A stretch of 64,000 bases of DNA from Eledone cirrhosa. Its lineage: Eukaryota. The notes under the pieces were generated by a model. It ran no database searches and was not told the origin of the DNA. It worked only from the letters and a program-made list of their open reading frames with translations. Numbering within the stretch: position 1 is the first letter of the stretch; every line of letters begins with the position of its first letter. This document shows positions 1-12,034 of this stretch, one piece after another. Location of the stretch: positions 325,004,001 through 325,068,000 of the forward strand of contig OZ024743.1 of the NCBI GenBank assembly GCA_964016885.1. Direction: 5' to 3'. The translations under genes and the position numbers were made by a program.

Positions 1-175
1 ATGTACAAATATAAAAGGCAAGATTTTATCGAAACTAATTTGAAAGAAGCGATTCTGTCAGCCTACCAGAATCAGATGGATTCTTTAGAAAGTATGTTTA
101 CTGATTTCAAACGACACATGAAGAGGTTGGCTGTGGTGAGAGAACAAAAACTAAAAGCTAGACTTGATGTATATG
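1..175 (+). CDS. ELP1: Elongator complex protein 1, internal coding exon (5' part probably outside the window)
   Basis: MYKYKRQDFIETNLKEAIL...FKRHMKRLAVVRE resembles the ELP1/IKAP C-terminal segment (human, recalled: VYKYNRLDIIETNVKPSIL...FSRHKKRLLVVRE). Donor G|GTAAGT at 175/176, phase 1. Confidence 0.92.
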
Positions 176-1050
176 GTAAGTATTGAAATAGTATTAGTAT
201 TTAATGTGCAAGTGTGTGGTGTAGTGGTTAGAGAATTGTATTCGCAATGTGAGATTGTGAGTTCAATTCCTGAACTATATGATACATTATGTCCTTGAGC
301 AAGACATTTTATTTCATGTTGCTCTTTCTGCCAAGAGCTGCAATCAGTAGATAGTATCAGAAATGGAAAGACCAATGGAAACATTGTTTCCTTGGTCTTA
401 TTTGATGAGCTCCACTCCACTCGATAAATGAATAAGGTCTGGGATCTTGTCGATCAATTCGATCAATCGATAACCATGAGGATGTATGGCGTAGTGGCTG
501 TTGTATTACTTTTGTGATTGTAGGTTCATGGTTTCAATCTTCAGACTAGGCCGTGAATTCATTCTTGAGGAAGATACTTCATTTCATCTTGCTCCAGTTC
601 ACTCAGCTGAAGATAAAAAAAATACCAACAGCAGTAGCAGTTGGGATTTAACTTTGCAATGGACTGCTCAGCCAACTGACTAGACCTTCTTCATAATGGG
701 ACCACCCAGCTCCCAAAATACATTTCCGCTATGAGTAGGGTATGGCATGGCCAACTGGCCAGACCATCTTCATAACGAGACCACCCAGTTTCACACTGTA
801 AATGTAATTGGTGTTAGGGAGGATGTCCAGCTGTAATTAACCTAGCCAAAATATAGTTGTTTGAGTATGGTTTAGCGCTGCCAACTGGCCAGACTTGTCT
901 CATATGGACAACCTGTCTAACCCATGCAAGCGGGAACAAAGTAAATGTTAAACAGTGATGATGATGGTGAAGTAATTTGTTTGAAGGAACTATTGCAAAG
1001 ACTGCAGGAATTTTGTAAATATTCATTAAATTTGTTTTTTCTATTTCCAG

Positions 1051-1174
1051 AGGATGAAGGTTTAGTAACTAATGCCGACTTATATTCTGAAGCCAGTAGT
1101 ATTGCGGGAGACAGTATCATTTCAGCATCTTCATACACAAGCCAGAAAACATCGTTACACAGTGGATCTACAGG
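1051..1174 (+). CDS. ELP1: ELP1 coding exon (Ser-rich segment DLYSEASS)
   Basis: Acceptor tttccag ends at 1050. Reads EDEGLVTNADLYSEASSIAGDS...SGSTG (cf. ELP1 DLFSETSS). Donor GG|GTATGT, phase 2; phases match both neighbours. Confidence 0.92.
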
Positions 1175-1368
1175 GTATGTATTATTGATTTAACTAACCT
1201 CCAATTTGTTTGTATTTGTGTAATCAGTTCAGAAAAGGTACCCACCATTCCTGTATGTTGTAAGAAGCAACTAAAAAAGTTGGAGTCAGGAAAGTCATTA
1301 GCTGTAAAACATTGTTCCAAAAGGTCCTGTCCGATCTATGCCAACATGGAAAACTTGACATAAAAATT

Positions 1369-1585
1369 AGCACGACCACCTTACAGGGTGGACTGGGTAC
1401 TTTTTGTCATGTCACCAGCACAACCACCTTACAGGGGGACAGTGCTTTTTGTTGTGTCACCAGCATGACCACCTTACAGGGTGGATTGGGTGCTTTTTGT
1501 TGTGTCGCGAGCACAACCACCTTACAGGGTGGAATGAGTGCTTTTTGTCGACCACCTTACAGGGGGGACTAGGTGCCATTTTTTG
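1369..1585. repeat. Tandem ~48-bp repeat derived from the RTE/SINE 3' UTR
   Basis: accaccttacagggtgga...gtgctttttg occurs about 5 times; it is the reverse complement of the caaaaagcacccag...ctgtaa..tggt block. Confidence 0.75.
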
Positions 1586-2545
1586 TCTCATCATTTATCT
1601 AAAAGCCTTCCATCATAACTTAGCATAAGAACCTTTGTTATGTTCCAAATGCTAACTTAACAAAATATGGTAAAGGTTTCAAGTGTTTATATTTATCTAA
1701 AAATCTCCTTATAATTTTGCATAAGAACCTTCTTAATAATGAGAGAGTTAGTTATCTCCAAATTTTTGATTATTTTCACAATTATTTGAAGATCATAGAA
1801 ATATAGTAATGAAAGTGTTATTTAATTAATCAATTTAAACGTCCATATAGAGCTAGTAAGCCATGACAGACGAGGGGAAGTATCTAGAACTTCTTGCAGT
1901 TGAGAAACAAAAAAAAACAAGATAGACAGAGATAAATGAATATAAAAATGAAAATTCTTCTTCGCTGACTTATTCCTGAGAAGGTCATGAGGGCAGACTC
2001 CTTGAACACTCCTTCCAGCAGGTCCTGTCAACCGACTCCAACTAATCTGGCTGGATCCCGAAGTGAGACCAGCCAAGCTCATGGATGTTATCCAACCATT
2101 TTATTCGGGGTCTACCCCTGGGTCTCCTAGCAGTTGGTTTTGCCTATAAAATCTGTCCACCACTTCTTTCCTGAGACATTCTAACCACATCTATTGGAGC
2201 TGTGAAAAATTGAAATAGGGAAGGCCAACAGGAAGCAAAATAAGCATAAAAAGAATAAAGAAAAAATGGAAAGCAAAGAAAGCTGTAAAGCAGCTAGAAT
2301 GTTCTGTTTCTGAATCTTTTCATGACCTCCATGTACTCAAAGATCTTGTTTATAGTTGGTAGTTTTTTAATGATCTGCTTCAGGATGTCCTCTTTGGAAC
2401 AAATAATGACAAAGAGTTTATGGGTTAAGAGAATAGATCTAATGATGTTGATGGTCTCCATCTCCACCAACACCACCTGTAAACTAAATTCTTCATCTCA
2501 AAGACATCCAATACTGTTATTCTTTCATTTTATTGAAAATTGCAG

Positions 2546-2673
2546 AAGATCTTCCAGAAATCGTCGAAAAATGGAAAAAAAGAAATGGAGTCTGAAAGAA
2601 GGAAGCCGTTTTGAAGAATTTGCATTAGTTGATGAATTGGGTAAAATTATCAAACAAACAGATACATTGAGAG
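2546..2673 (+). CDS. ELP1: ELP1 coding exon (basic region)
   Basis: Acceptor tgcag. RSSRNRRKMEKKKWSLKEGSRFEEFAL matches the ELP1 hallmark [20 protein letters not shown]. Donor G|GTAAAC, phase 1. Confidence 0.96.
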
Positions 2674-3696
2674 GTAAACTTTAATTTATTGTCCTTTTCA
2701 AAGTTGAACAGGCTATTTTTGTTGTTGAGCAAGTCTATGGCTAAAGACATTCAGCTATGACTATCTTATCTTTTTGTGTATCTATGTCTACATTGTCCAA
2801 TCTGTCCTTCCAATTTGTAACATAATAGGGTGTGATTTGAGATAATTTGGCTCCTATTTATAGCATGTCACGCAACTACATAGAGCAATGCTTCCCAACC
2901 TTTTCACTATCAAAGACACTATTTATTTAAAGGAATTTTCTCTGGACTTCAGGCTTTTAAAAAGTCTCTTTACTCAACAAGCTCACAAAATTCAGTACTA
3001 CCTTTACATCATCATCATCTGCCTCCCCCTTTACAAAGTGGACTGGGTGTGCTTCATCATGGCACCAGCACTACAGAGTGTCACATGATCATCCAGATTG
3101 AAGAGTCTTCTCAAACCCTGTATTGTATCCAATCACCAAACTCTGTAGCCTCTGTTCACTCAACACAATTACTTTTTGTGTTGCAGTGCATGATCGTAGT
3201 AGTGGACAGGTCTTTTATATTATGGTATATCACAATCCATTCAGTCCTGTGTTATCTCCTTCCTCAGTCCATTTTTGGAGGGTTATTCCTCACAACTTTG
3301 TTCCATATCTTCCTAGGTCTCCCGCTTCCACATGTCCAATCCACTGTCTTATCAAAACACATGATCTGAGTCTGTTTTTATATCATGACTCATACACTGT
3401 TCACTTTCCTGACATTTGTACATTATTCTATGTACTATATATGCACCTTTGATGAGGTGTACTGTACCTTAGCACTGTACACAATCATTTTCATTATTAT
3501 TCATTATTTCCTTGGTTACTGACAGAAGCTCACATCAACGTGAGATAGAGAAGACACTAACTCAAGAAATACATTTTTTTTATTGCTGTGTGTATCCCAG
3601 TTTTGGAATAGGTATATCATGTCTGTGTGTCATAATAGGTCACCATTCTGATTTAATTTATCAATTTCATGTCAACGTGAATTGAGAAAGATTTAA

Positions 3697-3887
3697 CCCT
3701 TTGATACCAACCAATAGAAACTGCACCTGGTTCTACAATACAAATATGTTTATTTTAAAATATTTATGTATACCTAAAGACCTATATCATAATTTTATGT
3801 AAAAACCTTTGTTATATTACTAAATCCCTCCAAATTCTTTGAAAAGCATAAGTAGCATCCTTCATTAGAAATATGGTAACAAAAGGG
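3697..3887. mobile_element. piggyBac-type MITE, second family
   Basis: TTAA|CCCTTTGATACCA...TGGTAACAAAAGGG|TTAA. Confidence 0.75.
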
Positions 3888-5335
3888 TTAAGCTTGGTTC
3901 AAAGAAATTATTTATATCTCTTGTTCACCTTTATCAGAGTTCACTCTGTGTAGCACCACCACCACCACACCTTTCTACCTTTATTTGAGTCAACTCTGTA
4001 TAATATCAGCACCTAGCTTTTGGATGTCTTTAGCAGAGTCAACTCTGTATAACACTACCCCCACCTGGCTCTTGGCTACATTTAACAGAGTCCATTATGT
4101 TGCATGCATTCAGGCTAGAAATGCAGTTTAAGAATATCTTCCTTCTTTGCTCACACCAGTCTTGGAGGCTCTGGAAAGGATCATGGAGACTACCCCTTCC
4201 TTCCCACCAGCATCAGAGGCTCTGAAAAATGTCATGGGCACTACCTCATGCTCACACCAGTCACAGAGACTCTGTGTCATGACAAAAAGCACCCAGCACA
4301 CTCTGTAAATGTGGTTGGTGTTAGGAAGGGCATTCAACTATAGAAACCAAGCCAGAAACAGTTCTGTGTGAGCAAGACATGGTCACCTGACCTGACTTGC
4401 CTCAAACAGGACAACCCGTCCAACCCATGCTAGCATGGAAAATAGACGTTAAACAACAACAATGATAATGATGATGATAATTTCAATACATATAATCTAT
4501 GATGTTCTACTTTGGTAGGACAACAAGATATAAACTGGTAAAAGACAGGCATTAGACTCTGTTCAATTCATTGTTCTTAATTAGTTAAAAAAAAATTCAA
4601 TGAAGTATTGTTTGGTTTGTTAAATTCCTTTGTTACACAATTGTGTTGTTTTCAATGCACTGTTCTCAACTTGATTTCTTTGTTCTTGCAACTGATATTT
4701 ATATTTAAGTATTTGTGTGAGGTGCAAACATGGTTGGTTGTGGAATGAGTGTGTGCATATGTGCTGAACTGAGCTTGTTCTCATTTAGGGTTTTATTTTG
4801 ATTTTGTACAGAAATGCACACACAAATGTATAATAATGAAAATTATTGTGTTCAGTGCTTAGGTGCACTACAACTCATGAAAGGTGCATGTATAGTACAT
4901 AGAATAATGTACAAATGTCAGGAAAGTGAATAGTGTATGGGTCATGATATACACACAGACTCACACATGCATGTGTTTGGAGGGGGTAGATCAGGTGTAG
5001 TTTTGACAAATTCTGGGAAGCATGGAAGTTTTGAAGGATGTGTATCCTCCTTTTACTCCTTTGCTGGTGCCCAGCATTAGACTGCTAGGACATCACCTAA
5101 AATGATTTATTAGATCCTCTTGACACCAGTATATATTTTGTCAAGTCTGGTACTATTTTTATTGTTCTGATTTTGTCAAACTGCTAAGTTATGGGGCTCA
5201 AACACCAACAAATGTAAGCACGGAATAATAGAAATTCTTTGTGTGAAAATGTTTTTACATATATTTTGTGCAATTTATTTTAACACTTCAGTACAGTAAA
5301 GAATGGTTGAACTTTGATGTTATTTTACTTTCTAG

Positions 5336-5484
5336 CTGACACCCATTCTCTGCTGCTTGTGTTGGTTCAGTTTAATTTTGAAAACAAAGCTGAACAATTA
5401 CAGGAACTTTACGACACATTCCTCAAACATATTGAGAAAAATCTAACAACCTTACGTAAACCATTAAATGAGAAACAGAAGGAG
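5336..5484 (+). CDS. ELP1: ELP1 coding exon (C-terminal dimerisation region)
   Basis: Acceptor ttctag. Reads ADTHSLLLVLVQFNFENKAEQLQELYDTFLKHIEKNL (cf. [22 protein letters not shown]). Donor GAG|GTAAGA, phase 0. Confidence 0.9.
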
Positions 5485-5699
5485 GTAAGAAAATAATACC
5501 CTTTTTTTTTTATTAATTTTAGACCAAAAGGACAATTCTTCTTGAAGGAGAAGTTAGTAGTTGGGCTGATTGTATTTGGTCTCAGTACAGTTGGATAAAT
5601 AGAATGAAGTATTTTGTTCAAATATTGCAGAAGAATTGTGAAGGCTAGTAAGAAATGAACTGAATATGTACCAGTGTATGAGTAATATTAGTGAGCATG

Positions 5700-6090
5700 A
5701 ATGATAATGATAATGAAAATTATTATGTATAGTGCTCAGGTGCACAACTCATCAAAGGTGCATGTATAGTATATAGAATAATGTACAAAGGTCAGGAAAG
5801 TGAACAGTGTATGAGTTATCATATACACACAGATACCTGTGTGCGTGTGTATGGAAGGGGAATATCAGATGTAGTATTGGCGAATTTCGGGAAGCATGGA
5901 AGTTTTGAAGAATGCAGTGTCCCGACACCTAACAACTGATGCAAGTAGTTTGTTCCATGTTTCAACAACTCTGAGCATGAAAAAATGTTTCTGAAAGTCA
6001 TGGGAGCTATACTGTTTTCTTACTTTGTAAGTATGCCCACGGGTGTTAGACACATGGAATTCAAAAAGGTGCTCAGGGTTGTTGTTGATG
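5700..6090 (-). mobile_element. 3' end fragment of the same CR1-group LINE
   Basis: NTRGHTYKVRKQYSSHDFQKHFFMLRVVETWNKL and 3' UTR match 15340-15700. Shorter 3' fragments at ~4830-5040 (-) and ~3360-3500 (+). Confidence 0.88.
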
Positions 6091-7608
6091 TAGCATAAGT
6101 GAACTGAGAGAAAAACTCTGTATAAGAGGAATTCAGTATAGGGTGCAAGATAGAAAGCTGCATTGGTATGAACATAAAATATAAAACACATATACATATG
6201 GATGTCTGGTTTCAAAATCTCAGGTAGAGTCCACATGGCATCTCTCTACCAAAAGTTAAAGGCACTTGACTCTATTTTAAGATCACACAGACTGTTGGTT
6301 TGGATATGTGAACCATAGTGGTGGGTGAATACATTGATGTACGAAGATTGTGGTCCCTGGTAGACAGGGATGAGGGCACCCACTTAAGACCTTAGAAGAG
6401 ATAATCAGAGATGATCTGAAAGCCTAGAACCTGGACCAAAACCTATCCCTGGAGCGAACACTCTGGAGAGATGCTTTGAAAGAGGCTACCTAAATGTCCA
6501 ATGGTTGTGACAAGTAAAGAAGACTTTAAACCAGACGGCAATGATGATAGTTATACGGACATGTGATGCATATGGAGGATGACCACTGTATACAGAGATG
6601 TAGGGAAATCTCAGTGGATGGGAGCTGTGGAAGAGGTAAACCTAGGAAGACATGGGATGAAATAGTGAAGACCAACCCCAAGAAACTAAACTTCATAACA
6701 GAGATGAGGAAGGACCATGATGTCTAGTGACATTTGGTACTTGAGAAGACTCGACTATAAAAACAAGATGACTCCCTTCCCTCCTTTAGCATCTAACCCC
6801 TTCTTCATGTGACATGACCTGTCCTGGCTCATTTATACTCCCTCCTCCATATCATTGATCTTTAGCTACTACCCTCAACATCATTATACCCACCCACCCT
6901 ATCTTAGAATACTTGCACCCCTTACTCCGTTAAACCCCACCAAATTTATCACAAATGTTTGATTTTTACACATTACTTGGTATTGAATATTAATTTATAA
7001 GTGTTTATATATCAAGAGCAGTACTCCAGCATGGCCTTAGCTGGATGGTTAGAACAGGTAAAAGAGAATATATATATATATGTATGCATTCGTGAGTGAA
7101 TAATAATAATATTAATATTCACTCACAAATGGAGGCACATGGCTTAGTTGTTAGAGCATTAGCTTTGCAATCAAAAGGTTGTGAGTTCAATTCTCACACC
7201 GGGAGATGTGTTGTTTCCTTCAGCAAGGCACTTTATTTCACATTGCTCCAGTTTACTTAGCTGTAGAAATGAGATGGTAGGGACTGGGGTCCCTATCATT
7301 CCACTGCAAAGTGGTCGTGGAGGTGCCATGGCAAAAAAGCACCCAGCACTCACTGTAAATGAGGTTGGTGTTAGGAAGGGCATCCAGCTGTAGAAATCAA
7401 GCCAGAATCAGTTCCCGTCCCACCCTTGCAAGCAGGGAAAAGCTGACATAAAATGATGATGATGATGAATACATTTAGGTATCCGCCATGTTAGAGCAAA
7501 AACAAATTTTGTTTTTGTTTATATATATATATTTTTATTAAAATAACAGATTAAAGTTTAAGCAAAGAATCGCTGCTTTCACCCTTCAGTCTTCAAATTT
7601 ATTATTAT

Positions 7609-7651
<43 letters not shown>

Positions 7652-7655
<4 letters not shown>

Positions 7656-8110
7656 ATATATTAACAAATGGAAACTATATTTATAAAACCATATTTATTT
7701 TATTATACATATTTCAAGGGCCACCAAGGCAAATTATGGTGCACTTTCATCAGATAAAATACAATACAGATTAGTTTTATAAATAAATATTGACATACCC
7801 TGAAAAAAACAACCTTAACGGTTGGAGCATCATGGATAGTCATGACTATCCATGATGCTCCAACCGTTAAGGTTGTTTTTTTCAGGGTATGTCAATATTT
7901 ATTTATAAAACTAATCTGTATTGTATTTTATCTAATGAAAGTGCACCATAATTTGCCTTGGTGGCCCTTGAAATATGTATAATAAAATAAATATAGTTTC
8001 CATTTGTTAATATATTGTATATTTACTCCACTTAACTGTTGAGTGCTTTATATCACTTATAAAAATGTTTAAGCTTGTTGAATCTCAACAAATTAAATAT
8101 AACCTCTGCA
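7652..8110. mobile_element. (TA)n-flanked fold-back element with a hammerhead in each arm (PLE-terminus-like)
   Basis: Spacerless palindrome centred at 7842/7843, arms ~180-190 bp; the right arm continues ~90 bp to the next (TA)n. Confidence 0.85.
7697..7760 (-). ncRNA. Type I hammerhead ribozyme
   Basis: rc: attttat CTGATGA aagtgcacca...tggtggccctt GAAA tatgta TA ataaaat, with a 7-bp stem I. The mirror copy at 7925-7988 has CTAATGA. Confidence 0.8.
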
Positions 8111-8265
8111 TATATATATATATAGGTGCTACGTGCCTAACTCTATGTCTAGTCCTGTTACCTCTATATTTGTGTGAGCGGTTGGTGTCGATGTTAGTAG
8201 GTTTGTTTGAGTTGTCTTTATCCATTATAAACTGCAGCTTTTTTTATCCGTTATAAACTGCAGCT

Positions 8266-9745
8266 ACACGTGTACGGTGAACTTGGGCAACTCCATGGCA
8301 TTATATTGGATCCACCGCGGGTACATTTAAAAAAAGATGGTATGTGCACAGACATTCAATGAAGATCAATGCACTTATAGGTTCTATGACCCTCGCCAAA
8401 AAATCTGGGAACTTAAGGACAATAACATCAACTACAATATCAACTGGTCGAGGTTGTCGGCCGCAAGGGCATACAGTACCGGTATGTCCTATTGTAGGCT
8501 CTGTGATCTTGAATTACTGTATATCCTTAGGAAGGAAAAAAGGCTACTCAACAACAAGATAGAAAGATCAATTTTCTGCAGACACAGGATCGCCACTAAA
8601 TTCACAAGATTTAAGCCACCGTCATTTGAACCAACATAACCTAGCATTCAACATATGAAATCCACACTATTACACAAACCACCACAGAACTATAATATTC
8701 ATTAAGCAGATTTTAGCCTCCTTAATTCTATACCACAGTAATGTCTGCAAATATCTTATCAATCCATAAATATATCCCTTCTCAGCTGCTGTCAACACAA
8801 CTTCCTCACCCTTGATTCTCAACAGATGAACCTAAATCCAAGTACATTATCAGAATACTACCACAGGAAAACATCACCTTCCTCCTGTTGTTATAATTGT
8901 AGTCAGCATGTTTTCTCTATATATATATTGCCTCCTTAACCTCTGTATACTTACCTATTATATTGCTACTCTGTTAATGTTATCTTATACATGTATGTTG
9001 TTGATGTGAAAGCTAACCAACCTCATGATTCGAACTAACAATCCCTTCATCTAATATAGACCACTTAAATATTGAATCCACTTCACACCACAAAAATTAC
9101 TATCCTCACTACAATGATAAATATTTTTTCTGTCAGATAATAAATAATTCTTACGGTCACCAAACCTACGGTAAAGGAAATGGTATATTGTTTAAAGCCC
9201 AGGCTTATCTCTACACTATATATAATACACCCCATGACAGCTTTTACATGTCAATTTCATACATCTGCCTCATATCAGCTCGTTTTACATGCTAAAGTCA
9301 TAAGTATACTCTATGTCTTACTTAGATTGATGTTGTGATTATTTCAACTAATTTATTGCTAGCATTGTTAGTATTGTTGTTATTGTTCTGATTTAATGCC
9401 ACTACTATATATAAAAGCCATGCCTGTGTATTCCCTTCATTCTCGCAAGCTCTGATGAATTGACTGGTTATAACTATGTATTGGTGATTGATTGATGCGA
9501 AAACAGGCGGGTAGCGATCTCTAGACCCACCAGTTCAGAGAAATAATTGTCAGCAATGTGATTAAAGCCCTTATTGTATAGCAACCCATGTAACGCTTCT
9601 TTCTTGATTTATCATTACTCCAAGAGGACTCACAACATCACTATGGAAACGCCTTGTTAGCCAAGCATTGATACCATCCACTACTCGGAGTACCCTAACT
9701 GGACTACACCTAAGTGGACTACCTATAACAATAATCTGTTATGCC
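8266..9745 (+). mobile_element. Penelope-like retroelement 3' fragment: GIY-YIG endonuclease remnant, 3' UTR, degenerate hammerhead
   Basis: YIGSTAGTFKKRWYVHRHS...TLAKK, frameshift near 8400, then IWELKDNNINYNINWSRL...YCRLCDLE...LLNNKIERSIFCRHR, typical of PLE endonuclease C-termini. CTGATGA at 9452 and GAAA at 9499. Lies between (TA)n runs. Confidence 0.85.
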
Positions 9746-9979
9746 GTATATATACATATATATATATATGTGTGTATTTGTGTATGTATATATATATATA
9801 TATAAAGAGAGAGAGGGGGGTGTAGAAGTATATAATGCATAATTTAAATTAAGTAGAGAAGGCAAATATGGTAGTGATGGTGGTGTAACAATGGTGGTAG
9901 TTGTGATGATGATTATGCTGGCAGTGGTGATTATGATAATGATGGTCACGATGATGATGATAATTTTCTTTTCCTCCAG

Positions 9980-10064
9980 CTCACACTAGGACCCGGTGTA
10001 ACAGCCAATGTTATTGCTGCAGCTGTTCAACAAGGTCAAAACCTCAACATTGATGCAGACACTG
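9980..10064 (+). CDS. ELP1: ELP1 penultimate coding exon
   Basis: Acceptor ttttcctccag. Reads LTLGPGVTANVIAAAVQQGQNLNIDADT (cf. VLGPNSTANSIMASYQQQ). Donor G|GTAACT, phase 1. This frame is not in the ORF track. Confidence 0.9.
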
Positions 10065-10896
10065 GTAACTAGTTTTATTTATTTATGCATGTGTTTGTGT
10101 GAGTGTGTGTGTGTGGTGTGTTTGTGTTATGTACTGTATATTACATGCATGTGTCTTGCTTTTGTGTGTGTTGTTGCAAAGCAAGCTTCTTTACCACACA
10201 CACATACTCATGTGTGTGTGGTTAAGAAGTTTTATTTACAGTAACATGTTTCCAGGTCAATCTTATTGTATGATACCTTTATTAAATGTCTTCTAACATA
10301 ACCATAGATCAAACAATGAAATTTTGTAGATAAAAATTGTGATGTATGTGTGTATATGTGAGTCAATATAGGATAGAAAATTCAGAGCACCAAACAAATA
10401 TACCTTGCCATTTCATTCTGATTATATTTCTTCACATTTAGTTCAACATTGTCCAGTACATCCTGTGTTAATACTGGTGTCATGAAAAATCTACCCAGCA
10501 CACTCTGTAAGGTGGTTATTGTTAGGAAAGGCATTCAGCCATAGAAACCATGCCAAATATAGAATGCAAAGAACAAGATTGGTGCGCTCTGACCTGTCTG
10601 GTCTTGGATCCTGCCAACCAGTGTAGAAATGAGATATATAATAATTGTTTCTACTTTTGGCACAAGGCCAGCAATTACCCAGTACATTACTGATACTTTA
10701 TTTTATCGACCCTGTAAACAATAGTAAATATAGAGTAATGTAAATGTTAAAGGGTTAAATCTTCTAAAATGACTATAAGTTTCTATTTTATATGATTTAT
10801 TCAACTTTTATTGAGAGTTATTAACAATTAATATAGTTATCTGCATCCTGGCTTCAATGTTTTTAAATATAAATAATGTATTCATTTTGTTTACAG

Positions 10897-10979
10897 ATCC
10901 ATCTCAACAGATACCAATCAGCCTCAACAACCTGAAATGGAAATTACATGTAATTAGTAATAATAAAAGGATGAAATGA
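10897..10979 (+). CDS. ELP1: ELP1 terminal coding exon
   Basis: Acceptor ttttgtttacag. Reads DPSQQIPISLNNLKWKLHVISNNKRMK* with the conserved terminal WKL. Stop TGA at 10977-10979. Confidence 0.88.
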
Positions 10980-11139
10980 TTTCCTTAGCGCTAATTAGAT
11001 AAACTTATCTACGCATACTAACTAATTGTCTTTTGCTCTCTAATGATTGTTTCACTTATGTATTTGCTGTTTGTTTTTTATTTGTAATATGTTTCTTAAG
11101 CACTGTAAATATTATCCTTATTGCTATAATATAACCACA

Positions 11140-11399
11140 TGCCCATAGAAGGTGGTTAGAATGTCTCAGGAAAGAATCACTGGACAGATTTTACAGGCAA
11201 AACCAACTGGCAGGAGACCCAGGGGCATACCCTGAGCAATGTGGTTGGATAACATCCATGTGCTTAGCTAGTCTCCCTTGGGGATCCAGCCAGATCAGTT
11301 GGAGATGGTTGCTTCTGACAGGACCCACTGGAAGGAGTGTTTGAGGACTCTGCCCCCACGACCCTTCCAGGATTAAGTGGCTGAAGAAGAAGAAGAAGA
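11140..11399 (+). mobile_element. LINE 3'-end fragment with (GAA)n tail
   Basis: Homologous to an inverted copy at ~1955-2190; ends in gaagaagaagaag. Confidence 0.6.
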
Positions 11400-11621
11400 G
11401 CTATGATATATATATACTAACATAGTACTCATTAAAAGTGCCAGGGGTTTATTGTAAAAAAATATTTTATTTAATATTTCCTTGATTAGAACATTCTATG
11501 TAAAGATGCTTGAATCCTTGTTTTTTCTTGACCTTCTCCCTCTTGTCATTGCGGTCTTACTGTATTTCATTTTACATTCATTTAAATCAATTACAATAAT
11601 ATTCTTCCACATTTTCTCTTG

Positions 11622-11905
11622 TGGAGGCACATGGCCTAGTGGTAAGGGTGTTGAAGTTACAATCATAATGTTGTGGGTTCAATTGCTGGGCTGGGTTGCA
11701 TGTTGTGTTCTTGAGCAAAACACTTCATTTCATGTTGCTCCAGTATACTCAGTTGAAAATGAGTACCAGCAATAGCTGGGGGCTTTAACCCTGCGATGGA
11801 CTGGCATCCTGTCCAGGGGGAAGTCTTGTACTCTCAGTCGCTTCGTGTCATGAAACCAGTATAAGCATTGGCCTAATGAGCCTTCTGACTTGAGACAGAC
11901 TCAAA
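11622..11905 (+). mobile_element. tRNA-derived SINE with CORE-like central domain (representative copy)
   Basis: A-box tggcctagtgg, B-box-like ggttcaatt, then tgtgttcttgagcaaaacacttcatttca. Related copies at ~212-325, 480-680, 7131-7275, 31740-32000, 39620-39950 (+) and 14258-14530 (-). Confidence 0.8.
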
Positions 11906-11941
11906 CATATACCCACTAAATTATGATGACTTTGTTCTATC

Positions 11942-11946
<5 letters not shown>

Positions 11947-12032
<86 letters not shown>
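11947..12032. repeat. Compound (CT)n(TA)n microsatellite
   Basis: Seen directly. Confidence 0.92.

Positions 12033-12034
<2 letters not shown>

Noticed and set aside
1-3. ATG at position 1 as a gene start
   Set aside because: The peptide matches the C-terminal part of ELP1, so this is an internal Met.
7131-7205. tRNA gene-like sequence (also at 212, 11622, 39620)
   Set aside because: A/B boxes run directly into SINE body sequence and the cloverleaf is degenerate; these are SINE heads.
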